The notes below the pieces were generated by a model. It had not been told where the DNA came from, did not search any database, and was given only the letters and a program-made list of their open reading frames with translations. Position numbers and translations under genes: made by a program. This document shows, piece by piece, positions 15,662 through 23,715 of a stretch of DNA of 32,000 bases. The stretch is taken from contig NC_014729.1 in assembly GCF_000172995.2 (NCBI RefSeq), positions 630,001 to 662,000 of the forward strand. The letters run 5' to 3'. This stretch comes from Halogeometricum borinquense DSM 11551 (GTDB lineage: Archaea > Halobacteriota > Halobacteria > Halobacteriales > Haloferacaceae). Every line of letters begins with the position of its first letter. The stretch's first letter is position 1.

Positions 15662-16111
15662 TTAAACGTCGGTCTGGTATGGCTCCTCTTTAGCTCTCTG
15701 TACGTCCTCATCCTTCTCAATCTCGGAGCCTGTACGTCCCTTATTCCTCGACGCAACGTTTCTCATCGCATTTTGTTTCTCGTCGAACCCGTCCTTGAGT
15801 TTTGAGAGTCCTTTTGACAACCCCTGAACAAACCTCTCTCCCTTCCCGGTAATCCGGAAACGATGGGGCTCCCTGTCCTCGTCAACATCAGCCATCTCCA
15901 AGTCCTCATACGACTGCATCCTACTCGAAAAACCGGGGTCGAGTGGACCGTGCTCTTCCCTTCTGAACGACCAATCATCAGAGTCAGATTTCGAGTTTCG
16001 GTACTGGTATAGCGACTTGTGAAACTTCAACCGTCCTTCAATCTCGCCGTCGAACTCGGATAGCATCATCAACCGTGTATGTAACTCTTCGTCTCCAATT
16101 TCTTCCTTCAT
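15662..16111 (-). CDS. small acidic protein, winged-helix-like (pattern reminiscent of DUF4065/Panacea-SocA); fourth gene of the candidate defence operon
   Basis: 149 aa. GRLKFHKSLYQY...WSFRREEHGPLDPGFSSRMQSYEDLEMADV...HRFRITGKGERFV. The start ATG overlaps the stop of the upstream ATPase gene (ATGA at 16108-16111). Confidence 0.6.
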   Translation of the reverse strand: MKEEIGDEELHTRLMMLSEFDGEIEGRLKFHKSLYQYRNSKSDSDDWSFRREEHGPLDPGFSSRMQSYEDLEMADVDEDREPHRFRITGKGERFVQGLSKGLSKLKDGFDEKQNAMRNVASRNKGRTGSEIEKDEDVQRAKEEPYQTDV

Positions 16112-17817
16112 AGGAAGTCACCTAATTTGGTTTGAAGCGGTTCCCGTTCCAAGATCTCCACTTGATCAAACCGGGAGTCAATCGAGGTATTAGAGGTGGT
16201 TACAATCATCTGCTTGTCCAAAGATAGAATATACTCTAGGGCTGCATCTCTGTTCTCTTCCTCCTGAAGGTTCGAAAACGGCTCATCTAAAACAATAGTA
16301 TCCCACTCGATAACACCGTTTTCAGTTGCAAAACGACTCAGGGTACAAGCAAAGGATATATTCAGTAGGTGAAATTCCGAGCCACTCAGATTACCTCCTC
16401 TATCATACTCGCGCAGGTTGTTCCTACCAGGGAATTGAATTCGACCCTCCTCGGAAATACTGATTCCAAGCTGCAGGTTTGAATTCATCTGGTTGTACGC
16501 TTCTTCCCAAGCCTCACTGAACTCCTGAATACCAGCCTCAAAGCTTTGTTCAGTCAGTTCTTCGACCATCTCAGAGGCATGGTTATGTGCTTCAGAATAT
16601 GCCTTAGACTTCCGGTTGATCTCCTCAACCTTCTCCTCTAGACTTTGTCGGTCAGATTTGAGTTCGTCCAAACTGCTAGAAATAGATTCTAACTCTTCTT
16701 GGACGTGGTCCTGAATCTGCTGGATATTGTGGTCATAGTTGTCCAGCCTTCGTTTGGTGAATCCGTCTAACTCTTCGAGCTCGGGTTTTTCCTCTTTTAG
16801 TTCGCCAATCTGGTTAGAGACTTCGTCCCGCTGGTCTTGCAGTTCTTCAATCTCTTCTTTCAGCTCATCAAGCAGATCATCGGACTCCTCGATTTTCTGG
16901 CTAAGACGCTGCTTCAATCCTTCCAGAGAGTGGTTCCGACCACAGTAAGGACAGTAACCGCGTTGAATCCTGTTCTTTGCTTTCTCAGTTGTAATCCTGC
17001 GGTCACAGGTCGGACAGACAAAATCATTGACAGCCTCAGCAATAATATCGTTAACCTCGGACTCGTAGTTCTCCTGTTTCCTCTTCTTCCGATGCAGTTT
17101 TCGAAGACGCTTACGCAAACCCTCCTTTTCCTTGAATAACTCATCAAGCCTGTTCTCCAGTTCTTCATCTCTCCTCAACTGTTGGCTGAGCTTAGCCAGT
17201 TCACCTGATTCAATCTGTGACTCAAGTCGGTCGTACTTCTCTTTCTGTGACTCTAAATCACTGACCTGTCGGTCAAGATCGGACTTCTCCTCAGAGAGCC
17301 GTCTTTTCGTATCCTTCGTCTCTACAACGAGTTCGCTTAGTTGTTCCTCGGCATCTTCCAGCCGGGAAATCCTCTGCTCCAGCTCTCGGTTGGTAACGCT
17401 CCGAATCAGTTTGGTTCTTTGACCTCGACTCAACTCGTCCAAAGGCATCTTACCAATATGAGAGTGGACAAAAAGAGATTTCAGCAGAGTAGTATCCCCG
17501 AGGTCCTCGGAGAAGGCTTCAGAAGCATTCGAGCCATCCAGTGTTTCATCTTCTCGTTCGTACTCTGATTCTGGGTTGCCTCGGAAGAATCGGCTGTCGT
17601 TCGTGAATTCGAGTTCAACCTCGTTTTGTCGACCGGTCGCTAAATCGATAGTGTGCTTTGCTCCAAGAAGATTGTAGAGAATAGCGTTGAAAGTCAGTGT
17701 TTTCCCGGTTCGGCTTCCTCCCCTGAGCAGATGAGAATCACTGCTTACTGATTCGATTTCCATGCCTCGGTGCTCGCCGCTAGCGAACTCTTCGATGTTC
17801 AGGGAGTCAATCTTCAT
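16108..17817 (-). CDS. SMC/Rad50-like ABC ATPase with a mid-coiled-coil 4-Cys zinc hook
   Basis: Walker A RGGSRTGKT (aa 32-40, nt 17698-17721). About 230 aa of heptad-rich, charged sequence lie on each side of CPTC-x17-CPYC (aa 268-292, nt 16942-17016). ABC signature LSGSE (aa 477-481). Walker B/D-loop TIVLDEPFSNL (aa 507-517). Confidence 0.8.
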   Translation of the reverse strand: MKIDSLNIEEFASGEHRGMEIESVSSDSHLLRGGSRTGKTLTFNAILYNLLGAKHTIDLATGRQNEVELEFTNDSRFFRGNPESEYEREDETLDGSNASEAFSEDLGDTTLLKSLFVHSHIGKMPLDELSRGQRTKLIRSVTNRELEQRISRLEDAEEQLSELVVETKDTKRRLSEEKSDLDRQVSDLESQKEKYDRLESQIESGELAKLSQQLRRDEELENRLDELFKEKEGLRKRLRKLHRKKRKQENYESEVNDIIAEAVNDFVCPTCDRRITTEKAKNRIQRGYCPYCGRNHSLEGLKQRLSQKIEESDDLLDELKEEIEELQDQRDEVSNQIGELKEEKPELEELDGFTKRRLDNYDHNIQQIQDHVQEELESISSSLDELKSDRQSLEEKVEEINRKSKAYSEAHNHASEMVEELTEQSFEAGIQEFSEAWEEAYNQMNSNLQLGISISEEGRIQFPGRNNLREYDRGGNLSGSEFHLLNISFACTLSRFATENGVIEWDTIVLDEPFSNLQEEENRDAALEYILSLDKQMIVTTSNTSIDSRFDQVEILEREPLQTKLGDFL

Positions 17818-18322
17818 CGGTTATGTCGTACAATTTTACTGAGCTTTTAACTACCTGTCGGAGATTCCGATATTCCCGATAACTGAATAAGTAAATCACG
17901 ACCAGCGATCCAATCAACGAAAAAACGGCATACGTCAAGCCATACAAATCATTCACGGCAAATGGCAGAGAAACCCCGATCAACAGACCAGAAAGAACCG
18001 TTACCAAGTGGCGGTGTGCTTTGCCATCCATTCGATCTATACGGTCCTGAGTATCCTGATCAGCATCCCAGTAGAACTCATCATCTCCCGTTCGTCCATC
18101 GATGCGGTTGAAACTCTCCTCAATAACATCACCCGCGAAAAACTCCATCAAACCATCATTGAAAACCACGCTAAGGAAAACCAGGAAAACAGAAGGAACA
18201 CCAGCAGCAAAAAGGTGAACAGGCTTGCTCAATTCGAAAGACGACAAGTAGAGAAAACCAGCGGCATATATGAATAGAAACAGAGCACCCCAACTCTGCT
18301 GAATCTGCTTACCAAGCTGCAT
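17807..18322 (-). CDS. four-TM membrane protein with acidic central loop
   Basis: 171 aa. Hydrophobic helices WGALFLFIYAAGFLYLSSF, LFAAGVPSVFLVFLSVVF, LVTVLSGLLIGVSLPFAV and TYAVFSLIGSLVVIYLFSY. Loop: DGRTGDDEFYWDADQDTQDRIDRMDG. The stop overlaps the ATPase start by 11 nt. Confidence 0.7.
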   Translation of the reverse strand: MQLGKQIQQSWGALFLFIYAAGFLYLSSFELSKPVHLFAAGVPSVFLVFLSVVFNDGLMEFFAGDVIEESFNRIDGRTGDDEFYWDADQDTQDRIDRMDGKAHRHLVTVLSGLLIGVSLPFAVNDLYGLTYAVFSLIGSLVVIYLFSYREYRNLRQVVKSSVKLYDITDED

Positions 18323-18401
18323 AAAACAACTATCAACATCAAAGAGTTAGATAACTTTCCCTCCACCGGAGTGAATCTGACACTTCGACAGTTAGTATAA
18401 T

Positions 18402-21400
18402 TCAGTCCCAAGCGTGGAAGTCGCTTTCAATCTCCCCAGTGAATTCTCCATCTTCATTAAGTGAATAGACACCTCTGATCTGGCTCTTACCGAACTCATT
18501 GCCGCTAATAGTTCCTGTAGATATTCTTTTCTCGCCTTGCACAAGCCATACTATGGACAAACCTGTTTGAGTTAGTTCCTGTAGGAGGTTGCTATCTCCT
18601 CCGATCATTGTCAATGAATTCACCCTGTCGAGCAGTCCATCTGACTCAGAAACGTCGGCAATCCGAACTGGGTTTGTTGACTGGTTCATGAACATCTTTT
18701 CACCAACAACCCATTCCATTTCAAGTAGTTCCGAGAGATATGGTGATGGCACGAACATTCCATACGATTCGTCTATCGAGCAGTCATACTCGGCTTCCCA
18801 ATGGAGGTCGATTATTGTTTTTTCGGTGTCAACAGGAGATCCTCTGATAGCTTGACCGGCGTCCTCTAACCAATCATCAACAACTGGGTGCCATGGGTAC
18901 TCCCCTCTGAAGACCTGAGTCAGAGTGGCTAACCGAACTAACCCACTTTGAATACTATCGCTCGAAACCCAGTTCTGTCTAACCCATGCCAGCAATTCTG
19001 ATTTGTCTTCTGCATCTACGATAACGGAATCTATCCAGAAGACAATCTTCCGCTCGGCATCAGACTCCTGACTCTCTTTTTCTCCCCAATTGTATGTTCC
19101 ATGCAGCGGTAACCATGATTCCTCATCGATAGATATTTCCAACAAATTGGGTATCTCAGGAAACTCTTGGTCATCTGAGACCCACCCTTCAGTTCCTACA
19201 TCACCAATACGAAGACTGTAATTCGGGACTTGATCAATAGACAGATCAGATTCTGGTTCAGGATTTAGTACAGAGGGGTCTATGTTTCTATCCCAGTTTG
19301 TCCAGGGACCACTATAGGGGGTATCCGTTATTGAGTCGGTGAACTCGCAATCATCCGTTATCCAAGCGACGAACTCGTAGTAAGCAATCCACTGGTACTT
19401 TTTACTGAATTTCTCGGGTTTCCGAGTCCCCCTTCCTGCTCGCAACCTCCAGTTCACGCACTGGTCGAATTCACCAAACGAATCTGGATGCCAACCAAGG
19501 TCAAACACTCTTTTCGTAATCCATCTAAGAGCCTCGTCACCAGAGATGTCATAACCGTGTACATGAGTGCTGTCACTATTCGTTCCAACAACGTACCGAG
19601 CAAAATCACTGAAACCGCCTCCCTCAAAGTCAGATCCCACTAAACCAATCCAAAACTTGGATTCAAGATCTGTATCTGCATCTTCCAACCGTTCTGTTAC
19701 CTGATCTCGTAACTCATCCGGACTTGGAATACCGATACTGAACGAGCTGTCATACGGCGGTCTAATCTTATCAAGGTCTACACTGTAGGTATCAGACTTG
19801 TCGTTTGCCAGTTCAATGATTCCCCTAGCATAGTCTCTTGTCAGGATATGTGGCGTTGGATCACCATCCTCAAACTCCAGTTCAAATACAGTGTCAGCAA
19901 TGTCTGTTACCGAGTTCTCCGTTCTGTTTCGGAGAACCCCACCGTAGGCTGCTGCATAAACTCTCTCCAAAATGTATGGATCGTTCACACCTCGGAAGCG
20001 TTCAATCAAGTCAATATAGATCTCAAGGTCGGAACCTACGACATTGACTATCGCCTTGGTAGATCTATCCCGTAGAAATCTGTTGGGGCAGCAAAGGAAC
20101 CAAGATAAGGTAACCGAGATCAACCGCTTCAATTCGATTGACTCAATTGGATTGTTCTCCAGAGAGAAACCCCAGTTAACCAATCGAAATACCTCGGAAG
20201 TATCTTCACCGAATTCTTCGTGCAGGAACCTAGACCAATCGTGGTCTCTTCCACGAACACCATATTCCATCAGGATGCCGTGGAGATATTCTGTGTTTAA
20301 TGGATGCTCTGAACTCGTTGCTAACGTAAGGAGAACCCGCCAGAGTTCATATAGTTCATCTAATTCCCCGATTTCGCTCCAAAGATAATCCGTGACTTCT
20401 TGACTAATATCGCCATTCGAATCGATCAGTGTTTGGGGATCTCTCCAACCCAGACTCTTAATGAACGGAATCAAAATCGCCTCTGAATCAATGAAATCGA
20501 ATATTTCGACGTTATGTTGCTCAGGAAGATGGATCGATAGCGCTTGAATCAGTCCAGAATACCGGAATGGGTCGTCAAATACCTCCTGCAACTCATCACT
20601 ATCGGATAGAGCATCCCTGAAATCACCGTCCACGTAGAGGTCGAGATACTGCTGTGCCAACATATGGTCTGCAAACTTATCATACGAGAATCTAACCGCT
20701 TCTCCTGCATCCTCATCAAACTGGACAACCTCTGAAATCACACCCTCACTCAAGATATGCCTGTATAGACTCTCTGGGTAGCGTCTTCCTGGTAGAAAGT
20801 CATTGACGATCTGCTTTGCTTTATCCTTGGGCAAGCGTTTGGTGCCGCCTCCCTCTTCAGCCATTTCACGAGCCAGCGCTTCAACAGCAGTTCTTACCTT
20901 GTTATCGCTCGGATCGTACTGTAGCTCCCGCCAGAGCCGTTCGTGGACACCATCAATATATCCTTCAAATATCTGGCTAATGCCTTCAGGACCGTGAGAA
21001 ACCCGGCTCTTTCCCTGTCTCTCCAAGTTCTCACAGAACAGCTTCAAAAACAACGGGACCTGAAACTCTTGTTTCAGAACCGGGATCGAGGAATGGTCTA
21101 TCCCGTGTGCGTCGAAGAACTTTCGAACAGCTTCGTACTCAACTTCTCTGAAGCCATAGTGTCTGGTTTCGATGAGGTCGTCCTCAGTACTTTCGAATAC
21201 TCGGTTTTCATAGCCGGTGCGGCAACTAACACAGATCCCGATATGTGGGTAGTTCTCTAACTTCCGTAGCACTCCTGGAAGCTGTCTCGACCACATCCGT
21301 GGATCAGAACTCTCATTCAAAGCGTCGATCATGATGAGAGATCGAACACCACGTGATTCTCCGAGAGAATCTAGGGCACCTAAGAACTCTTCAGTACCAC

Positions 21401-22601
21401 AAGTCAATCCAAACCGTTCGATAATCTGCGTCCAAATATTCCTGTTATAGAAGTTCTCGCCGAGCAACAATACAGTCGGGTAACCTTCCTCAATTCGGTC
21501 TTTAGCGACATTGCATAACAGGTGTGTTTTCCCCATCCCTGCTTCCCCAAGCAACTTCAAAGCAGGGTCCTGAGCTACCTGCAAATCCTTCGATTGAACA
21601 TATCTTTGAAAGCTGTATACTTCACTCTGGACTTGACGGAAACGATTCAGGGTATGTTTTTCTGTTGTACCTACTGAATCCTGTTCTTCCTCTGCCTGTT
21701 CTTTGAGAGTTCGAAGCTCCGGTTCCAGTGAACTGATCGCTTGCTCTGCCTGTTCAAGAGTATCAACTAACTCTTGAATAGGGATGTCTGTATCCACCTG
21801 TTCAATATCTTGGAGAAGGACTGGTATCTGTTCTATTGCATCGTGTAACTCATGAAAAGATTCCTCATCAGCCTGCTTCAACACCTCAATACTTCTCTGG
21901 GTGAACAAGCTACTTGCTTCCTCACTGAGAGCATCTAAACGATCTTTAACGTCCCCAACGAAAGCTGGGGTTCTCCCTAATGGCTCAAAAATATCCGATG
22001 CTTTGATATCAACGTGAAGCTCTGGTGTGTACCGCTCACTAGCATTAGAAATCGTTTCTTCTAGCTCTGACCGTAATTTGGATCCAGTTAGTTGGTTTGT
22101 GTTGAACCAGAAGTAGAGCCGACCTTTGTGCTTCTCCTTACTTAGGAGTTCTAATAGTCGGGATTGACCCCAGAAAACGAACTCCACATCCATGTCACGT
22201 TCATCCGCCCACCTTTCCCATTTCTCCTTCCGGTCATTGTACTTCTCAAGTGCGGTCTTAACCCCTTTACGCGGGCTGTGAGGTCGGTCGCATGGGACAC
22301 ATACAAAATACTTGGTTAGTCCTGGATAGGTGTCTAGTGCTTTTTTAACAGATCTGTCGACTTGTGATAGGCTGCTATTATCGATTCTATCTACGTATTT
22401 TGCTTGCCAACCCCATACATCTCCTTCCGGGGACTCCCATTTGCATTCGATTCCTGCGTCTGGGTCGCCAATACGGGTATATTTCCATGAACCAGATATG
22501 TCTTCAAATTGGTGTGCAATCTGGCTACAGAGTTCCTCGAAGCCCTTCCTGCGGGAAGTTTCAACCGGTCTAATATTGTTAAAGTTGATAGAAATGCTCA
22601 T
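18402..22601 (-). CDS. 1399-aa Mrr-like PD-(D/E)xK nuclease + NACHT/STAND-like P-loop NTPase + large C-terminal region
   Basis: N-terminus: GFEELCSQIA...IGDPDAGIECKW...WGWQAKY (helix Glu, Asp, Q-x-K). Walker A LLGEAGMGKTHLL (aa 350-362, nt 21525-21548). Walker B SLIMIDALNES (aa 421-431, nt 21312-21338), of the hhhhD[GA]LxE NACHT type. Alpha-helical repeats follow, then a Trp-rich C-terminal domain of about 450 aa (KYQWIAYYEF). Confidence 0.85.
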   Translation of the reverse strand: MSISINFNNIRPVETSRRKGFEELCSQIAHQFEDISGSWKYTRIGDPDAGIECKWESPEGDVWGWQAKYVDRIDNSSLSQVDRSVKKALDTYPGLTKYFVCVPCDRPHSPRKGVKTALEKYNDRKEKWERWADERDMDVEFVFWGQSRLLELLSKEKHKGRLYFWFNTNQLTGSKLRSELEETISNASERYTPELHVDIKASDIFEPLGRTPAFVGDVKDRLDALSEEASSLFTQRSIEVLKQADEESFHELHDAIEQIPVLLQDIEQVDTDIPIQELVDTLEQAEQAISSLEPELRTLKEQAEEEQDSVGTTEKHTLNRFRQVQSEVYSFQRYVQSKDLQVAQDPALKLLGEAGMGKTHLLCNVAKDRIEEGYPTVLLLGENFYNRNIWTQIIERFGLTCGTEEFLGALDSLGESRGVRSLIMIDALNESSDPRMWSRQLPGVLRKLENYPHIGICVSCRTGYENRVFESTEDDLIETRHYGFREVEYEAVRKFFDAHGIDHSSIPVLKQEFQVPLFLKLFCENLERQGKSRVSHGPEGISQIFEGYIDGVHERLWRELQYDPSDNKVRTAVEALAREMAEEGGGTKRLPKDKAKQIVNDFLPGRRYPESLYRHILSEGVISEVVQFDEDAGEAVRFSYDKFADHMLAQQYLDLYVDGDFRDALSDSDELQEVFDDPFRYSGLIQALSIHLPEQHNVEIFDFIDSEAILIPFIKSLGWRDPQTLIDSNGDISQEVTDYLWSEIGELDELYELWRVLLTLATSSEHPLNTEYLHGILMEYGVRGRDHDWSRFLHEEFGEDTSEVFRLVNWGFSLENNPIESIELKRLISVTLSWFLCCPNRFLRDRSTKAIVNVVGSDLEIYIDLIERFRGVNDPYILERVYAAAYGGVLRNRTENSVTDIADTVFELEFEDGDPTPHILTRDYARGIIELANDKSDTYSVDLDKIRPPYDSSFSIGIPSPDELRDQVTERLEDADTDLESKFWIGLVGSDFEGGGFSDFARYVVGTNSDSTHVHGYDISGDEALRWITKRVFDLGWHPDSFGEFDQCVNWRLRAGRGTRKPEKFSKKYQWIAYYEFVAWITDDCEFTDSITDTPYSGPWTNWDRNIDPSVLNPEPESDLSIDQVPNYSLRIGDVGTEGWVSDDQEFPEIPNLLEISIDEESWLPLHGTYNWGEKESQESDAERKIVFWIDSVIVDAEDKSELLAWVRQNWVSSDSIQSGLVRLATLTQVFRGEYPWHPVVDDWLEDAGQAIRGSPVDTEKTIIDLHWEAEYDCSIDESYGMFVPSPYLSELLEMEWVVGEKMFMNQSTNPVRIADVSESDGLLDRVNSLTMIGGDSNLLQELTQTGLSIVWLVQGEKRISTGTISGNEFGKSQIRGVYSLNEDGEFTGEIESDFHAWD

Positions 22602-22660
22602 GGACGTAATCCAACTCGTGCTTGTGTTTCAAGTAAGTGTCTGGTTCTGAGACAGGTTTG

Positions 22661-22670
22661 AGTATAATAG
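22661..22670 (-). promoter_or_regulatory. TATA-like element (minus strand CTATTATACT) upstream of the 1399-aa gene
   Basis: The only AT-rich box in the 181-bp gap between the integrase stop and ATG 22601. It lies 60-69 nt upstream of the ATG. Confidence 0.25.
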
Positions 22671-22782
22671 TTTGGTCGACTGAAGGCTTGGAATCAGGGT
22701 AGAATAATTTGAACCGGTCTGACTCGCAGGTTTGAGCCAGGTTCGAAACAGGGGTGCGACTAAGTGGTGTATTCCGGTTCTT

Positions 22783-23715
22783 TTAGAGGTGAAGTGGTTT
22801 GATGGCTTGTAGGTATTCTTGTTGTGCTTGGTTACGGTCGATGCGTGTGTAGATGTCTATGGTTTCTGACTCGGAGTCGCCTCGGATGTATTGGAGGATG
22901 TGGTCGGGCATTCCTTGGTTTCTCATGAGGGTGGTGAAGACGGTTCGGAAGGTGTGTGGTGTGAATTTTTTGTGGAACCGTGTTTCGCCTTCTTCCATGA
23001 CCCCGGTTTTAACGGCTGCCTCCCTGACTTTCCGCCGGATTCTTTCCCGTGTTAGCTGGTTTCCGGTTCGACTGGAGGCAAACAGGTATTCCGAGGTGTT
23101 CTGGTCGATGAACTGGAGGCGTTGAATCATTCTCACTGTTTCATCGTCAACGGGTATGACGGTGGTTTTGCCTCCTTTCCGGTTGGTAAGCCGAATAAAA
23201 CCGTCTTCGAGCAGTAGGTCTTCGCGTGTGATGGTGAGTGCTTCTGTGACTCGGCACCCGGTTTTAGCGAGTACTACTGCCACGGTCTTGTCCCGCGGAT
23301 CATCGATAGCGTGAACAATCTTCTCAGCGTTTTCCCATGTGGCGCAGTCAGGTCGGTCGTGGATCTGCTTAGGAACTTCTTCGAGTACGACCGCGGCAGG
23401 GTTCCCGGTGATGTCTTCGTATCGGGGTCGTTTCATTGCCCAAGCGTAGAAGCTGCTGAGTGATTCGAGGTAGCGGCGTTTGGTGTTTTGTGCCAAGTCT
23501 CGTTCTACGAGTATTCTCAGGTACTGTTCAACGTGGTGTACTTCGACGTCTTCCGGGTCAAGTTCGGGGAAGTGTTCGTGGAAGAACCGTTGAAGTGTCC
23601 GGCTGTACTCATTGATTGTCCGATGGCTTCTACCGGTCGTGGTCTTGCTTGTAAGGAACTCGTTGATCGAGTCGTGCTTGTTCTCGAACCGGGTTTTGTA
23701 CCAGTCATCACCCAT
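22783..23715 (-). CDS. tyrosine recombinase / phage-type integrase (XerC/D-like)
   Basis: 310 aa. N-terminal SAM-like core-binding part (INEYSRTLQRFF...). Catalytic region with ...GCRVTEAL..., HKKFTPHTFRTVFTTLM (HxxR) and IDIYTR (nucleophile Tyr). Confidence 0.9.
   Translation of the reverse strand: MGDDWYKTRFENKHDSINEFLTSKTTTGRSHRTINEYSRTLQRFFHEHFPELDPEDVEVHHVEQYLRILVERDLAQNTKRRYLESLSSFYAWAMKRPRYEDITGNPAAVVLEEVPKQIHDRPDCATWENAEKIVHAIDDPRDKTVAVVLAKTGCRVTEALTITREDLLLEDGFIRLTNRKGGKTTVIPVDDETVRMIQRLQFIDQNTSEYLFASSRTGNQLTRERIRRKVREAAVKTGVMEEGETRFHKKFTPHTFRTVFTTLMRNQGMPDHILQYIRGDSESETIDIYTRIDRNQAQQEYLQAIKPLHL

Noticed and set aside
22653-22736. 10-bp direct repeat CAGGTTTGAG (22653-22662 and 22727-22736) and 7-bp inverted repeat GAACCGG/CCGGTTC (22711/22765) in the promoter gap of the big operon
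   Set aside because: Repeats this short are expected hundreds of times by chance in 32 kb. Location alone is insufficient to call an operator or terminator.
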